Assembly: GCA_963713855.1 (NCBI GenBank)
Contig: OY970209.1
Location: 832,001-896,000 of the forward strand
Origin: an uncultured bacterium
GTDB lineage: Bacteria > Babelota > Babeliae > Babelales > Babelaceae
Length of the DNA: 64,000 bases
Reading direction: 5' to 3'
Made by a program: the position numbers and the translations under genes. Below are positions 21,011 to 31,090 of this stretch, one piece after another. Under the pieces are notes generated by a model. It made no database searches. It was not told the origin of the DNA and saw only the letters and a program-made list of their open reading frames with translations. Position 1 is the first letter of the stretch. Each line of letters begins with the position of its first letter.

Positions 21011-21265
21011 ATGGCCAAAAAAGAAGATGTTATCCGCGTTGACGGAATTGTTAAAGAGACGTTGCCTAATGCTATGTTTCGCGTTGAGATAGAGGGAGGT
21101 CACGTAGTACTGGGGCATGTATCAGGTAAGATGCGTATGAATTATATTCGCATTCTGCCCGGTGATAAGGTTGCTCTCGAGTTGTCTCCTTATGATCTGA
21201 CGAGAGGTAGAATCGTTCTACGGTATAAGGGAGAGAAGGTAGAAAAAAGTATTGATCCACAGTAA
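21011..21265 (+). CDS. infA: translation initiation factor IF-1
   Basis: [35 protein letters not shown]. Confidence 0.98.
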   Translation: MAKKEDVIRVDGIVKETLPNAMFRVEIEGGHVVLGHVSGKMRMNYIRILPGDKVALELSPYDLTRGRIVLRYKGEKVEKSIDPQ

Positions 21266-21277
21266 GGGATTGGCATT

Positions 21278-21394
21278 ATGAAAGTGAGAACGTCAGTAAA
21301 AATTATTTGCCGTGACTGCCGCATTATAAAGCGCAAAGGCGTTGTACGTGTGGTATGCACAAAAAGGCTCCGGCATAAGCAGCGTCAAGGCTAA
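21278..21394 (+). CDS. rpmJ: 50S ribosomal protein L36
   Basis: Translated by hand: [38 protein letters not shown]. Confidence 0.95.
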   Translation: MKVRTSVKIICRDCRIIKRKGVVRVVCTKRLRHKQRQG

Positions 21395-21405
21395 AGAGGG
21401 ATTAT

Positions 21406-21798
21406 ATGGCAAGAATTGAAGGAGTAGAATTACCACGTAATAAACGTATTGAGTATGGCCTTACCTATATTTTTGGTATTGGGCTCAAGCGTTCGCGTGA
21501 TATCTTAAACAGCACGGGCATCGATTTTAATAAGCGGGTAAAAGATCTTGCTGATAATGAAATTGCTGCAATTCAGAAGGCAATTGTAACAAATCAATTT
21601 GCGGTTGAGGGTGATCTTCGTAAAGAGATCATGAATAATATAAAGCGGCTTCAAGAAATAGGCTCCTACAGAGGCTTAAGGCATAAGAAAGGGCTTCCTG
21701 TACGTGGACAGAGGACACGCACAAATTCTCGTACGCGCAAGGGTCCACGTAAAGCAAGTTCGATTGTGGCACAAAAACGTAAAGTAACAAAGAAGTAA
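21406..21798 (+). CDS. rpsM: 30S ribosomal protein S13
   Basis: [37 protein letters not shown]. Confidence 0.97.
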   Translation: MARIEGVELPRNKRIEYGLTYIFGIGLKRSRDILNSTGIDFNKRVKDLADNEIAAIQKAIVTNQFAVEGDLRKEIMNNIKRLQEIGSYRGLRHKKGLPVRGQRTRTNSRTRKGPRKASSIVAQKRKVTKK

Positions 21799-21812
21799 AG
21801 TAAAAGGATAGG

Positions 21813-22196
21813 ATGGCTTACAAGAAAAAGTCGAAGAAAATTAAACGACATGTTGATGCAGCTGTTGTGCATGTTAGGTCTACCTTTAACAATACGCTTG
21901 TTGCGGTAACAACGCAGGGCGGAGACGTATTGTTAAGAGGAAGTTCTGGTAAGATGGGATTTAAGGGAACGCGTAAAGGTACTCCTTTTGCGGCATCTCA
22001 AGTTGGTGCTTCGTTAGCCAGGGACATGTCCTCTTTGGGCATTAAGGAAATAGAAGTTAATCTTCAGGGTCCAGGATCGGGTAGGGATTCGGTGGTTCGT
22101 TCGTTGCAATCAGCTGGCTTTGCCATTTCTGTATTGCGCGATGTTACCCCATTGCCACATAATGGCACTCGAGCGCCTAAAAAGCGTCGTGTATAA
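21813..22196 (+). CDS. rpsK: 30S ribosomal protein S11
   Basis: STFNNT, GPGSGR, DVTPLPHNG.R.PKKRRV. Confidence 0.97.
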   Translation: MAYKKKSKKIKRHVDAAVVHVRSTFNNTLVAVTTQGGDVLLRGSSGKMGFKGTRKGTPFAASQVGASLARDMSSLGIKEIEVNLQGPGSGRDSVVRSLQSAGFAISVLRDVTPLPHNGTRAPKKRRV

Positions 22197-22235
22197 AACG
22201 GTTTAATAGTTCTTGTTTTGCTATAAGTGTAATAT

Positions 22236-22817
22236 ATGATGACAGAAAAAAGATCTCCAGCGTCTAGTGCGCGTGGTCCACGTGGTGATCGTTCAGAGCC
22301 ACAAAAAGCTACAGTAAGGACGCGTAAAAAAAGTGAATATGGCCGTCAGCTTGAAGAAAAGCAAAAGGTCAAGGAAATGTATGGCATGAGAGAGCGCCAG
22401 TTTAAGCGTTTTTTTGATATTGCTTTAAAAAGCGAAGAAGCTACTGGTGAAAAGCTTTTAAATCTCCTTGAACGGCGTTTAGATAATGTACTTTACAGGT
22501 TAAAGCTTGCCACAACTCGTCGCCAAGCTCGCCAAGTTATTGTCCACGGCCATGTCTTGGTAAATGGTAGGCGCGTGTATTCACCTTCGTATCTCGTTGA
22601 TAGTAATGATGAGATAACGTTAGTTCCTGCAGTTGCTTCTAAGGAAGTGTTTCTCCAGGAAGTAATTGAAAAGCGCTTAAATTCGAATGCAAAAGTGCCT
22701 GATTGGCTTGAGTTGGATAAGAAGGAGCGTAGAGGTCGCGTGTTGCGTCAACCAGTTCGCGTTGATGTTCAAGCGCCTATCGAAGAGTATTTGATTGTGG
22801 AGCTCTATTCTAAATAA
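22236..22817 (+). CDS. rpsD: 30S ribosomal protein S4
   Basis: [29 protein letters not shown]...[11 protein letters not shown]. Confidence 0.95.
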   Translation: MMTEKRSPASSARGPRGDRSEPQKATVRTRKKSEYGRQLEEKQKVKEMYGMRERQFKRFFDIALKSEEATGEKLLNLLERRLDNVLYRLKLATTRRQARQVIVHGHVLVNGRRVYSPSYLVDSNDEITLVPAVASKEVFLQEVIEKRLNSNAKVPDWLELDKKERRGRVLRQPVRVDVQAPIEEYLIVELYSK

Positions 22818-22849
22818 ATAGGGGGCACGTTTTTGTTATGGGAGATTCG

Positions 22850-23917
22850 ATGGCAAGTAAGAAGGAGTTTCAACCTTTAACACTTCCCCGCATTGCGTGG
22901 GATAAATCCGTGCTTACTGCAACGTATGGTGAGCTTGTGGCGCAGCCACTAGAGCCAGGTTTTGGTATCACCCTCGGAGGCGCTTTAAGGCGCGTTTTAT
23001 TAGGGGGCATAGAGGGATCTGCCGTTACTGCGGTTATTATTAAGGGTGTTAATAACGAATTTTCAGTCGTACCCGGTATTATTGAAGACACAATGCAAAT
23101 AGTACTTAACTGTAAAGAGATTATAGTACGTAATAAAACGGGAAATCCGGGGCGTATGTTCATCTCTGTTTCCGGCGAAGCTGTAGCACGTGTGTCTGAT
23201 ATAAAGGCTGATGAGCATTTAGAGCTTTTAAATCCTGAGCACGTAGTGGCGCACGTTGGCCAAGGTGGTGTTCTTCAGATTGAGTTTTTTGTAGAGTCAG
23301 GTCGCGGATATCAGTCAGCCCAGTGGCCAGTGGGTCAGGCATTGCAAGAAGATGGTCGTATTTATCTTGATGCTCTTTTTTCTCCCGTAAGAAAAGTGAG
23401 TTATGAGGTAGAAAAAACACGTGTAGGTCGAGACATTGATTATGATAAGCTGACTATTGCTATTACGACTGATGGTACTCAGGGTCCGGCTGATGTTTTA
23501 CATTATGCGGTGTCTGTTTTACGTACTCAGCTAGAGCATTTTTTGGCCAGCCCAGAAATTCCGTTTAATGATATTTCTGTGCAAGGTGAACTGGAGCAGC
23601 GTGAGCGTTCAAGTGAGGATGCTGAGGCTAAGTATAAGGGCGTTCCTGTGGATCTTCTTTTAAAACCTATTGAGGTTTTAGAGTTTCCTGCGCGTGCCCA
23701 TAATTGCCTTGTTAAAGCTGGCATTAAGCGCATTTTGGAATTAGTTAATTTGACTGAAGATGAGGCTTTAAAAATTAAAAATTTTGGTCGTAAATCTTTT
23801 GATGAAGTCAAAGAAAGCATGAAAAATTTTGGCCTATCATTTGGTATGAATATTCCTGAATCAGACATTAAAAATTTATTAGACAGAGGTACTACTAATG
23901 AGACACCAGAGCGGTAG
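22850..23917 (+). CDS. rpoA: RNA polymerase alpha subunit
   Basis: PLEPGFGITLG..LRRVLL, DALFSPV, DYDKL, alpha-CTD RAHNCL...KNFGRKS. Start 22838 or 22850. Confidence 0.97.
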   Translation: MASKKEFQPLTLPRIAWDKSVLTATYGELVAQPLEPGFGITLGGALRRVLLGGIEGSAVTAVIIKGVNNEFSVVPGIIEDTMQIVLNCKEIIVRNKTGNPGRMFISVSGEAVARVSDIKADEHLELLNPEHVVAHVGQGGVLQIEFFVESGRGYQSAQWPVGQALQEDGRIYLDALFSPVRKVSYEVEKTRVGRDIDYDKLTIAITTDGTQGPADVLHYAVSVLRTQLEHFLASPEIPFNDISVQGELEQRERSSEDAEAKYKGVPVDLLLKPIEVLEFPARAHNCLVKAGIKRILELVNLTEDEALKIKNFGRKSFDEVKESMKNFGLSFGMNIPESDIKNLLDRGTTNETPER

Positions 23918-24257
23918 AAAAAAGCTAAACCTAGATTCAGGGCATCGCACTGCTCTCCTTCGAAACCAAGCTATTGTTCTTATTACTCATGGGCATCTGA
24001 CAACAACGAAAGCGCGTGCTCAGGAAGTAAGAAAATTGGCTGAAAAATTAGTAACGATTGCTCGTGAGGGTAATACGTTTAATGCAAGACGCAAAGCTCA
24101 AGCACTTCTTCCTTACAAGGACGAAGTTTTACTAAAACTCTTTAAAGAAATAGCGCCTCGTTACACAGAGCGCCCAGGAGGCTATACGCGCCTTATTCGT
24201 TTAGGAAAGAGAATAAGCGATACGGCAGAAATCGCACGCCTTGAGTGGGTTTCATGA
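23898..24257 (+). CDS. rplQ: 50S ribosomal protein L17
   Basis: MRHQSGRKKL, R.GGYTR.IRLG.R..D.AE. Confidence 0.97.
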   Translation: MRHQSGRKKLNLDSGHRTALLRNQAIVLITHGHLTTTKARAQEVRKLAEKLVTIAREGNTFNARRKAQALLPYKDEVLLKLFKEIAPRYTERPGGYTRLIRLGKRISDTAEIARLEWVS

Positions 24258-24493
24258 CAAGTGACGAGGAAATGATTCGCAGGATTGACGATCTTCTTCA
24301 GAGTCTTCGTCCCAATGTTCAGATGGATGGTGGAGACATTGAGCTCGTTTCTTACAAGAACGGTACTGTCTCACTCAAATTATCCGGCTCCTGCGGTACA
24401 TGCTTTACGTTTCGCGATCACGTCCGTTCGCTCGTTGAAGAGCATCTTAAAGACTCAATTTCAGAAATACATGAGGTAGTTATCGTCAGATGA
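24254..24493 (+). CDS. NifU/NfuA-type Fe-S carrier domain protein
   Basis: LRP..QMDGGDIELV...L.GSCGTC; ATGA overlap with the rplQ stop. Confidence 0.88.
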   Translation: MTSDEEMIRRIDDLLQSLRPNVQMDGGDIELVSYKNGTVSLKLSGSCGTCFTFRDHVRSLVEEHLKDSISEIHEVVIVR

Positions 24494-24651
24494 TGATAAC
24501 TACTTTTTTCTTTTTGCTAGAAACATTTGTTCTTGAGTGATTTTTAGAAAACTCTTTTAGTCTCGATCATATTATTGACAATCTGAATAATTTATTGATA
24601 TTGTGAATAATATTAATGGGATAAATGAAAAAGATACTTTGAAGGAGTTTT

Positions 24652-25131
24652 GTGTCTAAATTGTTAATAATGGCCCTTTATTCATCATTGTTTATCTTTA
24701 TGTCCACCATCCAAACGATGGAAAAATCAGAGATTCTTGAAATGGCAATGCAAGGTAAGGGTGATGTTTTTAAAATAGCGAATGTTGGGCCTTACATTAA
24801 ATCGATCATCTATGGAAAGCTACTCGAAGTAGATCCTAAAGAAACTCAAGTTCTACAATGTATGGATTATACAAATTCACTCTTCGGCAAACATGAATAT
24901 AGTTGTTGGATCGACCATTTTAGAGATGGTGAGGTTTTCTATGTACGGCGATATAAAAATTTAGCAGAAATTTTAAGAACATATGAAGCTTTGAAAAAGT
25001 CATATGAAGGCTATGACTGGAAATTACCTATTATTACAGCGAGCGCTCTGATTGGCGGTATTGGTCTACTTCTCTATCAGCTCTCAAAAAAACCATTGAG
25101 TTTTCCTCGAGCTGCGGCTTCAGCTGCCTAA
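24652..25131 (+). CDS. hypothetical exported protein (signal peptide, ME, C-terminal transmembrane helix)
   Basis: AAGGAG RBS; ...STIQT-MEKS; hydrophobic LPIITASALIGGIGLLLY followed by KK. Confidence 0.75.
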   Translation: MSKLLIMALYSSLFIFMSTIQTMEKSEILEMAMQGKGDVFKIANVGPYIKSIIYGKLLEVDPKETQVLQCMDYTNSLFGKHEYSCWIDHFRDGEVFYVRRYKNLAEILRTYEALKKSYEGYDWKLPIITASALIGGIGLLLYQLSKKPLSFPRAAASAA

Positions 25132-25227
25132 TGCCTCTTTGAGGTAGTTATCATCAGGTGATGGTAATGCTTTTCCTTTTCTATCGTTTTGTTATTACCG
25201 CCATGTCCTAAGTGCAGGTTATTGAAC

Positions 25228-26334
25228 TCAGCACTCTTTAGCACCGTTGATTATGCGTGGTTGAGAACTAGGGTTATTCATATGAACTTGGCGCTGTGGA
25301 TCTTGATCATACGTATTGTTCAGAGCATTTAAGTGAGCAGCAATAGTTGGATCACTAAATTGTGGCATACCTGCTGACCTATAGAACTCTGCAGCTCTCC
25401 TTCTTGCTATTTCTTCCTCCAAGTTTGCATTTCGCGTGCGAGCAATGTCTTGATGTATTTGAGAATCTTCGTGCGATTCTTGAACCTGTTGAGGCGTAGT
25501 TAGCTGCTCAATATGTTCAAGAAGTCGACCGGCGGCTGCAAGCCTTGCGGGTCCTTCCAGTAGCTGAATGGTAGCCCATAGGCTGTCTGCTAAGTATATC
25601 CCGATAGATTGAGATTGATCGTAAGCATGTAACTCGTGAATGCTGCGGCTAAGAGCCGCTGTCTCGAGGTAATCATTTCCTTCTTGAATCGATTGTCTGT
25701 AGTTTTTCCTCGCTTCTTCATCAGTAAGAAGCTGTGTAATAATTTGACCGTGAAGAGCAACGGCAAACCGCGCCCGAGTTATTACTGAAAGTAGTGGTAA
25801 GTCAGCTTCTAAATGAGATACTTGTGGTGATTGGTCACTTATATCAAACGGAGTCCATCGAGTATTGTTGACACCTGGGGCTGGTTCAGCAATTGCTAAA
25901 ATTATGTGAATAAACTGACTTTGCCCATCTAGCAAAGTGAGGTCCAAGGTACCAAGATCAGTAATAGGTAACACGCCGAAGCCCAAGGTTTCAAGGCATA
26001 TGCGCATAGCAAACCGTGAGTAAGATTCGTGCTCAATGCGCCGTTCAAGAAGTGGTTCATAGTGATATTCCCATTCATCATTTTCATTATTGTATCTAAC
26101 TATGAAAATGTCCCATTGTATGGTTGCGTGCGGTGACTGGGATTTATTGAGCTGATCTTTTGCTAATTTAAGAGCATCTTTGTAGCGTTGCGCCGCATCT
26201 GGGTAATAGACAAAACGGCCTCTTGTTAATTGTTGCAGAATGTTCGTAAAAGACTCTTCTTCTTTGGGTTTTTCCATTCCTGCAACCTGTTGGACAGACA
26301 AGGCAAAATACGCAAATAAATATAAGTATCTCAT
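25228..26334 (-). CDS. hypothetical exported protein (signal peptide, ME), possible degenerate Nudix-fold region
   Basis: MRYLYLFAYFALSVQQVAG-MEKP; EHES...AMR...ETLG resembles a decayed Nudix box. Confidence 0.7.
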   Translation of the reverse strand: MRYLYLFAYFALSVQQVAGMEKPKEEESFTNILQQLTRGRFVYYPDAAQRYKDALKLAKDQLNKSQSPHATIQWDIFIVRYNNENDEWEYHYEPLLERRIEHESYSRFAMRICLETLGFGVLPITDLGTLDLTLLDGQSQFIHIILAIAEPAPGVNNTRWTPFDISDQSPQVSHLEADLPLLSVITRARFAVALHGQIITQLLTDEEARKNYRQSIQEGNDYLETAALSRSIHELHAYDQSQSIGIYLADSLWATIQLLEGPARLAAAGRLLEHIEQLTTPQQVQESHEDSQIHQDIARTRNANLEEEIARRRAAEFYRSAGMPQFSDPTIAAHLNALNNTYDQDPQRQVHMNNPSSQPRIINGAKEC

Positions 26335-26453
26335 AATGGCCTCAAGCTAAAAACTTCGGTAAAATTAGCTTTATTGTAGAGCAACTTTTAACGAAGAGCA
26401 ATCAGCGCTGATTCTGAATTAAGATTAAGCAATTTCTTTTGAGTCTCGCGCCT

Positions 26454-28199
26454 CTAATCACAATAATTTATTATCTTACAGGAATTTTCGGAGGTGGGTA
26501 CGCAAGCATTGCCTTGACCTATATCAGCTAATCGCGTTGGCTTTACCAGTATCTCAGCTGTGTTAGTAATTTGTTCTTTAAGCGTTGCGATAGAGCATTC
26601 TTCCTGTGGCTCAAACGAGCTTGATTGTATTGACGCTTTTTCTCCAATGAAGGGGTATTCGTACGAATCAGGTGGTATTTTGTTGCCTCTTCCTTCAACG
26701 GCAAGGCTGAGTAGCCCACGATCGAATGTGGCATTGCTCGCCAGTGAAAAAATACTACTTTGTATGTATGAGCATTTATGGTGTTGGTGAACTTTTTGCA
26801 TGACCTCGGGAATGATTTTACTAACATTAACGATATCGGAGTGAATGAGTATGGGGTAACCGATCAGATTAGATATGTTATTTTTTGTCTCTTCCCAAAA
26901 AAAGGGGGTCTGAATGAGTATTGCAAAACACATCAAGAGTGTAGCTGGCAAAGCCACGGCAATCAAGGCTTCATGCCAGTCATCACGTGCGGTCCAGAGG
27001 GCTAAATGAAAAATAGTAACCAGAAATGATGTGGTAAGAGCTTGCTCGTTGATAAAAAAAGTGGGAAGTCTGTACATTAGTTTCCAGATAGTATCTTGAT
27101 TTTCAATGGTTGTATTAAAACCGGTTGAGATGTGATTATCTCGTGATGGCAATTTGTTGGTTGGTATTGTACTCATTGTGATGCTGTTCCATAATGAAGG
27201 GAAGTTTGGTCCTGCGCTGAACAAGAAAGTTATCGGTGCACTAAGTTTGGTTTTCCATGAAGGTGAAGATAACATTTTAATGGCTGCATAAGTCCCGGAA
27301 ATCAACAGCATAGTTTTACCGAGAACATATATGGTCTTTCCTACAATCCATTTTAAATCGTCGTTAGCCATCTTGGCTAACTGGCTTAAATTAGGAGTCC
27401 AGCCGTCATAGTCATATTCAAGAAGTTGGCCAATTTTAGCTATCCAGTCGTCATCAGAATAAAAATAAATCAGTGTTTGAAAGTTTTTGGCTTGATACCG
27501 TTTTTCTTCTCTTGGCGGACATGCTAAATAAATAAGCATGTGGATCGGTTTTTCTAAAAATTGCGTCAGATTGTTTCCTATATTGCAACCGTGGCTATGA
27601 CACAAAATAACTATCTCAATGTCTTGATTTTCAAGAATCATTATATTGTTAAAATATATTTCTAGCGCTTTGGCAGCATCTAGGCGAGCACTGTCGCTCA
27701 AATCGCCCGTCCACTTGAAAGATACTAAATCTAGTTCTTTGCCTCGTGATCTAGCATACGAAGCTGCGGTCCTCTTAATATGCCTATAAATTTGAGATTC
27801 GTCCGATTCACTCGAATAAAAAGCCGCCCAATCTTGTGCCCATGTTCCATGAATAACCACCCAAACGATGCGACCGAGAGTCTTTTTGCTTTCACTAAAG
27901 GTGCAACGATCAATCCTTCTTATTTTTGTGCCGCTTGGCATTCCTTCGTTAACAAAGTCGTCTCGCTGGACTGTTTTCCAACAAGATGGATACGTAACGT
28001 CCTCATCAGCAAGTTTCATGTTCATTGCAAGGTCGACGTTATTGTCGGACATTTCTTGGTCGCTGTGCCTTAGAAAACCTTCGACTTCTTCTTGATAGAC
28101 TAAAATGTTCTCCTCGCGACTGTCATTGCACTTTGATAAAGAAAAACATAGAAAAAGATTGAGTAGTAGATATCGTTTTTGAAAAGCAATGATATTCAT
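26454..28199 (-). CDS. exported alpha/beta-hydrolase (lipase-like) with C-terminal hydrophobic segments
   Basis: VIHGTW oxyanion-type motif, CHSHG nucleophile elbow, YS.DD; signal-like N-terminus. Confidence 0.75.
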   Translation of the reverse strand: MNIIAFQKRYLLLNLFLCFSLSKCNDSREENILVYQEEVEGFLRHSDQEMSDNNVDLAMNMKLADEDVTYPSCWKTVQRDDFVNEGMPSGTKIRRIDRCTFSESKKTLGRIVWVVIHGTWAQDWAAFYSSESDESQIYRHIKRTAASYARSRGKELDLVSFKWTGDLSDSARLDAAKALEIYFNNIMILENQDIEIVILCHSHGCNIGNNLTQFLEKPIHMLIYLACPPREEKRYQAKNFQTLIYFYSDDDWIAKIGQLLEYDYDGWTPNLSQLAKMANDDLKWIVGKTIYVLGKTMLLISGTYAAIKMLSSPSWKTKLSAPITFLFSAGPNFPSLWNSITMSTIPTNKLPSRDNHISTGFNTTIENQDTIWKLMYRLPTFFINEQALTTSFLVTIFHLALWTARDDWHEALIAVALPATLLMCFAILIQTPFFWEETKNNISNLIGYPILIHSDIVNVSKIIPEVMQKVHQHHKCSYIQSSIFSLASNATFDRGLLSLAVEGRGNKIPPDSYEYPFIGEKASIQSSSFEPQEECSIATLKEQITNTAEILVKPTRLADIGQGNACVPTSENSCKIINYCD

Positions 28200-28211
28200 T
28201 CCTGGCTTTCC

Positions 28212-29474
28212 TTATGTTCGATGCTCAATAAGTAATACTTCAATTTCTTGCTTTTCATCGAGCTTGCTATCGTGATCTTTTGTATCGCTGCCAGCTATAA
28301 GAATTGTTGCTATTGCTAATATAAAAGCGCTGACAGGGATGACCAATCGAGTAGCCACTTTATTAACAAATTCTGAAGGATAAACAGTTATAGCTCTTGG
28401 GTAATTTTGGCCATCTCCCCCCCCACGAAGGAACGCTTCATACTGTTCAAGGTGGAACCCCTCATATTTCTTGCTGAGAAAACTAAAAATTTTGTGCATA
28501 ATCAAGAAGGTCGCAGCTGAGGCTGTGGTTACTTTGATTGTAAGCCAGCTCACGTGATTGAGAAATCGTAATTTCATCGGTTCATCCGAAGAGTCAAATC
28601 CCATTTGACCGATCCTGCTTGACGCGATCCTGTATTCCTCGCTGTTAATACCCTTCTTTTTTTTAAGGATTTTTTTTACCTCCTTCGAGTCTAATCTACC
28701 AATAGCATTAAGAAGATCATTAAAATCTGGTGTCACATTAAAAGGGATTCGATGCTCAATGAGTAATGCTTCAATTTCTTGCTTGTTATCAGGTGTTCTA
28801 TCAAGCTCTTTTGTATTGGTAACAATAAAAAGGGTTGCCGATACAGCTATTATGAAAGCGCAGACGGCGACGACAAATTTAGGGGTTACTTTATTAACAA
28901 ATTCTTCGTAAAAAGTTGCTCCTGGTAAAATTTCTTGATCATCTCGCACCAAACGAAGGCCTTCAAATCTATTTCTCAAATGACTTAAAATTCTTTGCAT
29001 AATAAGAAAAATTGTAGCTAAAACCAAGGATGATTTGACGTAAAGCCAGCTAATGTCATTGAGAAATCTTAATTCCATCGTCCGATCCGAAGACTCAGGG
29101 CTTACTTTGCCAATAACGCTTGATGCGACTTTGTATTCCTCGTTGTTAACTCCGCCCTTTCTCTTAAGAATTATTTTTACTTCCTTTGAGTCTAATCTAG
29201 CGATAGCTGCAATGAGATCACTAAAATCTGATGCGTCATCAAAATCCAGAGTTGCTATGTTGATGCCAAGATTCGGTTCCTTCCATTCGGAGTTATTGCT
29301 ATCTAGGTAGACGACGATGTTTTGTGCGATCGTATATTGCAGAAGGTTGCGAGCATTAGCAATAGGAATTAAATGTGGTGATTTGTTGATTACACCAAAA
29401 TGCTCGATACAATGAAGCTGCAGACTTACTATGAGCCCGAAAAATGCAATAGATGCATTAAAAATAAATCTCAT
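28212..29474 (-). CDS. membrane protein built from two tandem ~160-175-aa repeats
   Basis: DFxDL..AI.RLDSKEVK.ILK...EEY..ASS...M.LRFLN..SWL...EFVNKV...KQEIE.LLIEHR occurs twice, each copy with two hydrophobic helices. Confidence 0.8.
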   Translation of the reverse strand: MRFIFNASIAFFGLIVSLQLHCIEHFGVINKSPHLIPIANARNLLQYTIAQNIVVYLDSNNSEWKEPNLGINIATLDFDDASDFSDLIAAIARLDSKEVKIILKRKGGVNNEEYKVASSVIGKVSPESSDRTMELRFLNDISWLYVKSSLVLATIFLIMQRILSHLRNRFEGLRLVRDDQEILPGATFYEEFVNKVTPKFVVAVCAFIIAVSATLFIVTNTKELDRTPDNKQEIEALLIEHRIPFNVTPDFNDLLNAIGRLDSKEVKKILKKKKGINSEEYRIASSRIGQMGFDSSDEPMKLRFLNHVSWLTIKVTTASAATFLIMHKIFSFLSKKYEGFHLEQYEAFLRGGGDGQNYPRAITVYPSEFVNKVATRLVIPVSAFILAIATILIAGSDTKDHDSKLDEKQEIEVLLIEHRT

Positions 29475-29489
29475 CGCTGCTCCTCACTA

Positions 29490-30911
29490 CTATAATTCGG
29501 TTTTTTCGGGCTTTGGTACGCATTTGCCATTTTCGAGAATTAAATGACGTACTGTACCTTTACCTTCAAACCATTTCACCAACTCAAAATGCTCATACTT
29601 AGCGGCTACGTCGAGCGGTGTACACCCGTTATTGTCTTTAACTTCAATGATTGCTTTACTAGTTTCTAAAAGTAGTTCTACCATCGCTTGATAACCATTG
29701 GCGGCGGCGTGATGAAGTGGCAGCCAACCCTCATCATCTGGTTCGTCGACATGTGCACCGGATTCGAGTAGCAGTTTTACTATGGTTTGCTTATTGCCGC
29801 CCGCAGCATAGTGTAATGATTGCCGTTTATTAGTATCTTTGGCATTAACCTTAACACCTTGCGAGATCAGAAATTCCACAATTCTTTGGTCTCCACCAAT
29901 GGCCGCATGATGCAGAGGTTCACGGCGGTCATTATCTTGAACATCGGCACGCACACCTTTTTTGATAAGATTTTTAACCGTTTCAAGATTATACCGAGCA
30001 GCGAAATGAAGAGGCTGTTGTCCGTCAGAGGTTGTCGTATCAATGGCGATTCCTTTTTCAATCAGCCATTCTAGAAGCGACAATCCGGAAAATGCAGCAA
30101 AATGTATTGGTTGTGTTCCATCTTTAGATTGGGCCCGTAAATCTGCCCCACGATCAGATAACCATTGTACGAGCTTAGTGTGCCCCTGACTCGCTGCCAC
30201 ATGGATAGGTTGCTTGTCAAAATTGTCTTTAGCATTGATGGGAATATCTTTGCTTAATAAGTACTCGACGATGGCTCGATGATTATTGTGCGCAGCGTAG
30301 TGTATGGGTTGGATATCGTCTTTAGTTTTTGCTGAAAGAGTGTTTGGATTTTTACTTTCTAACCACTCAATGATTGATTTATGGCCATTACTCGCGGCTA
30401 AATGAATTGGGCAAATGCCGTCGATGTCTGGGGTATTAATAAGTTCGGGATCTTTTTCAAAGAAATACTTGATAATATCAAGGTGATTATTTTGTGCAGC
30501 GAAATGTATGGGATGTCTGTTGTTGTTCATCCGGGCGTTAAGGTTAGCCTTATTGTCAATGAGACACTTAATGATTCCTAAATTACCTTGGCTTGCCGCT
30601 AAGTGAAGAGGTTGCACTCCCTGCTCGTCCGTAGAGTTAACATCTGCCTTTTTGCTCAAAAGGTATTCAAGAATGTCGAGATGGTTGTTTTGAGCTGCAA
30701 TATGTATAGGCTGTTTGCCCTTCCATAGTGCAGTCAGAAAGCTTGGATCTTGATCAATGAGATGCTTAACAGTATCAATTTTACCAGCGTACACGACTGA
30801 ATGAATCACCTGTCCTTTTAGCGGCATAACGAAGCGGACAGATGATGGCCTAGCCTCGATATCAGTAGCTATGTTAAATATGAGAAGCCCAGTAAGACAT
30901 TTAAATATCAT
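29490..30911 (-). CDS. ankyrin repeat protein with signal peptide (about 12-13 repeats)
   Basis: Repeated QP(I/L)H.AA..G/N...(I/L)...L...GA.(V/I)N..D at 33-34-aa spacing. Confidence 0.95.
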   Translation of the reverse strand: MIFKCLTGLLIFNIATDIEARPSSVRFVMPLKGQVIHSVVYAGKIDTVKHLIDQDPSFLTALWKGKQPIHIAAQNNHLDILEYLLSKKADVNSTDEQGVQPLHLAASQGNLGIIKCLIDNKANLNARMNNNRHPIHFAAQNNHLDIIKYFFEKDPELINTPDIDGICPIHLAASNGHKSIIEWLESKNPNTLSAKTKDDIQPIHYAAHNNHRAIVEYLLSKDIPINAKDNFDKQPIHVAASQGHTKLVQWLSDRGADLRAQSKDGTQPIHFAAFSGLSLLEWLIEKGIAIDTTTSDGQQPLHFAARYNLETVKNLIKKGVRADVQDNDRREPLHHAAIGGDQRIVEFLISQGVKVNAKDTNKRQSLHYAAGGNKQTIVKLLLESGAHVDEPDDEGWLPLHHAAANGYQAMVELLLETSKAIIEVKDNNGCTPLDVAAKYEHFELVKWFEGKGTVRHLILENGKCVPKPEKTEL

Positions 30912-31090
30912 GAATCCCCTTTTTTGTCTTCTCGGCGGTTTTTCCAGCCTAATTGTAACGTAAGCGAGATCAAGTATACATTAGTGAAAAAACTTATTAA
31001 AATCAACGGCCAAAGCCTTATCGACGAGAGGTATCTAAAGGTAACCGGTTGCCTTATTAGAAAAAGACCTGTTATAAAACGGGCAAGTTT

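Noticed and set aside
5652..23868. Many antisense ORFs over the ribosomal cluster, and similar shadow ORFs over other long genes
   Set aside because: They overlap well-supported genes and have no motifs or RBS.
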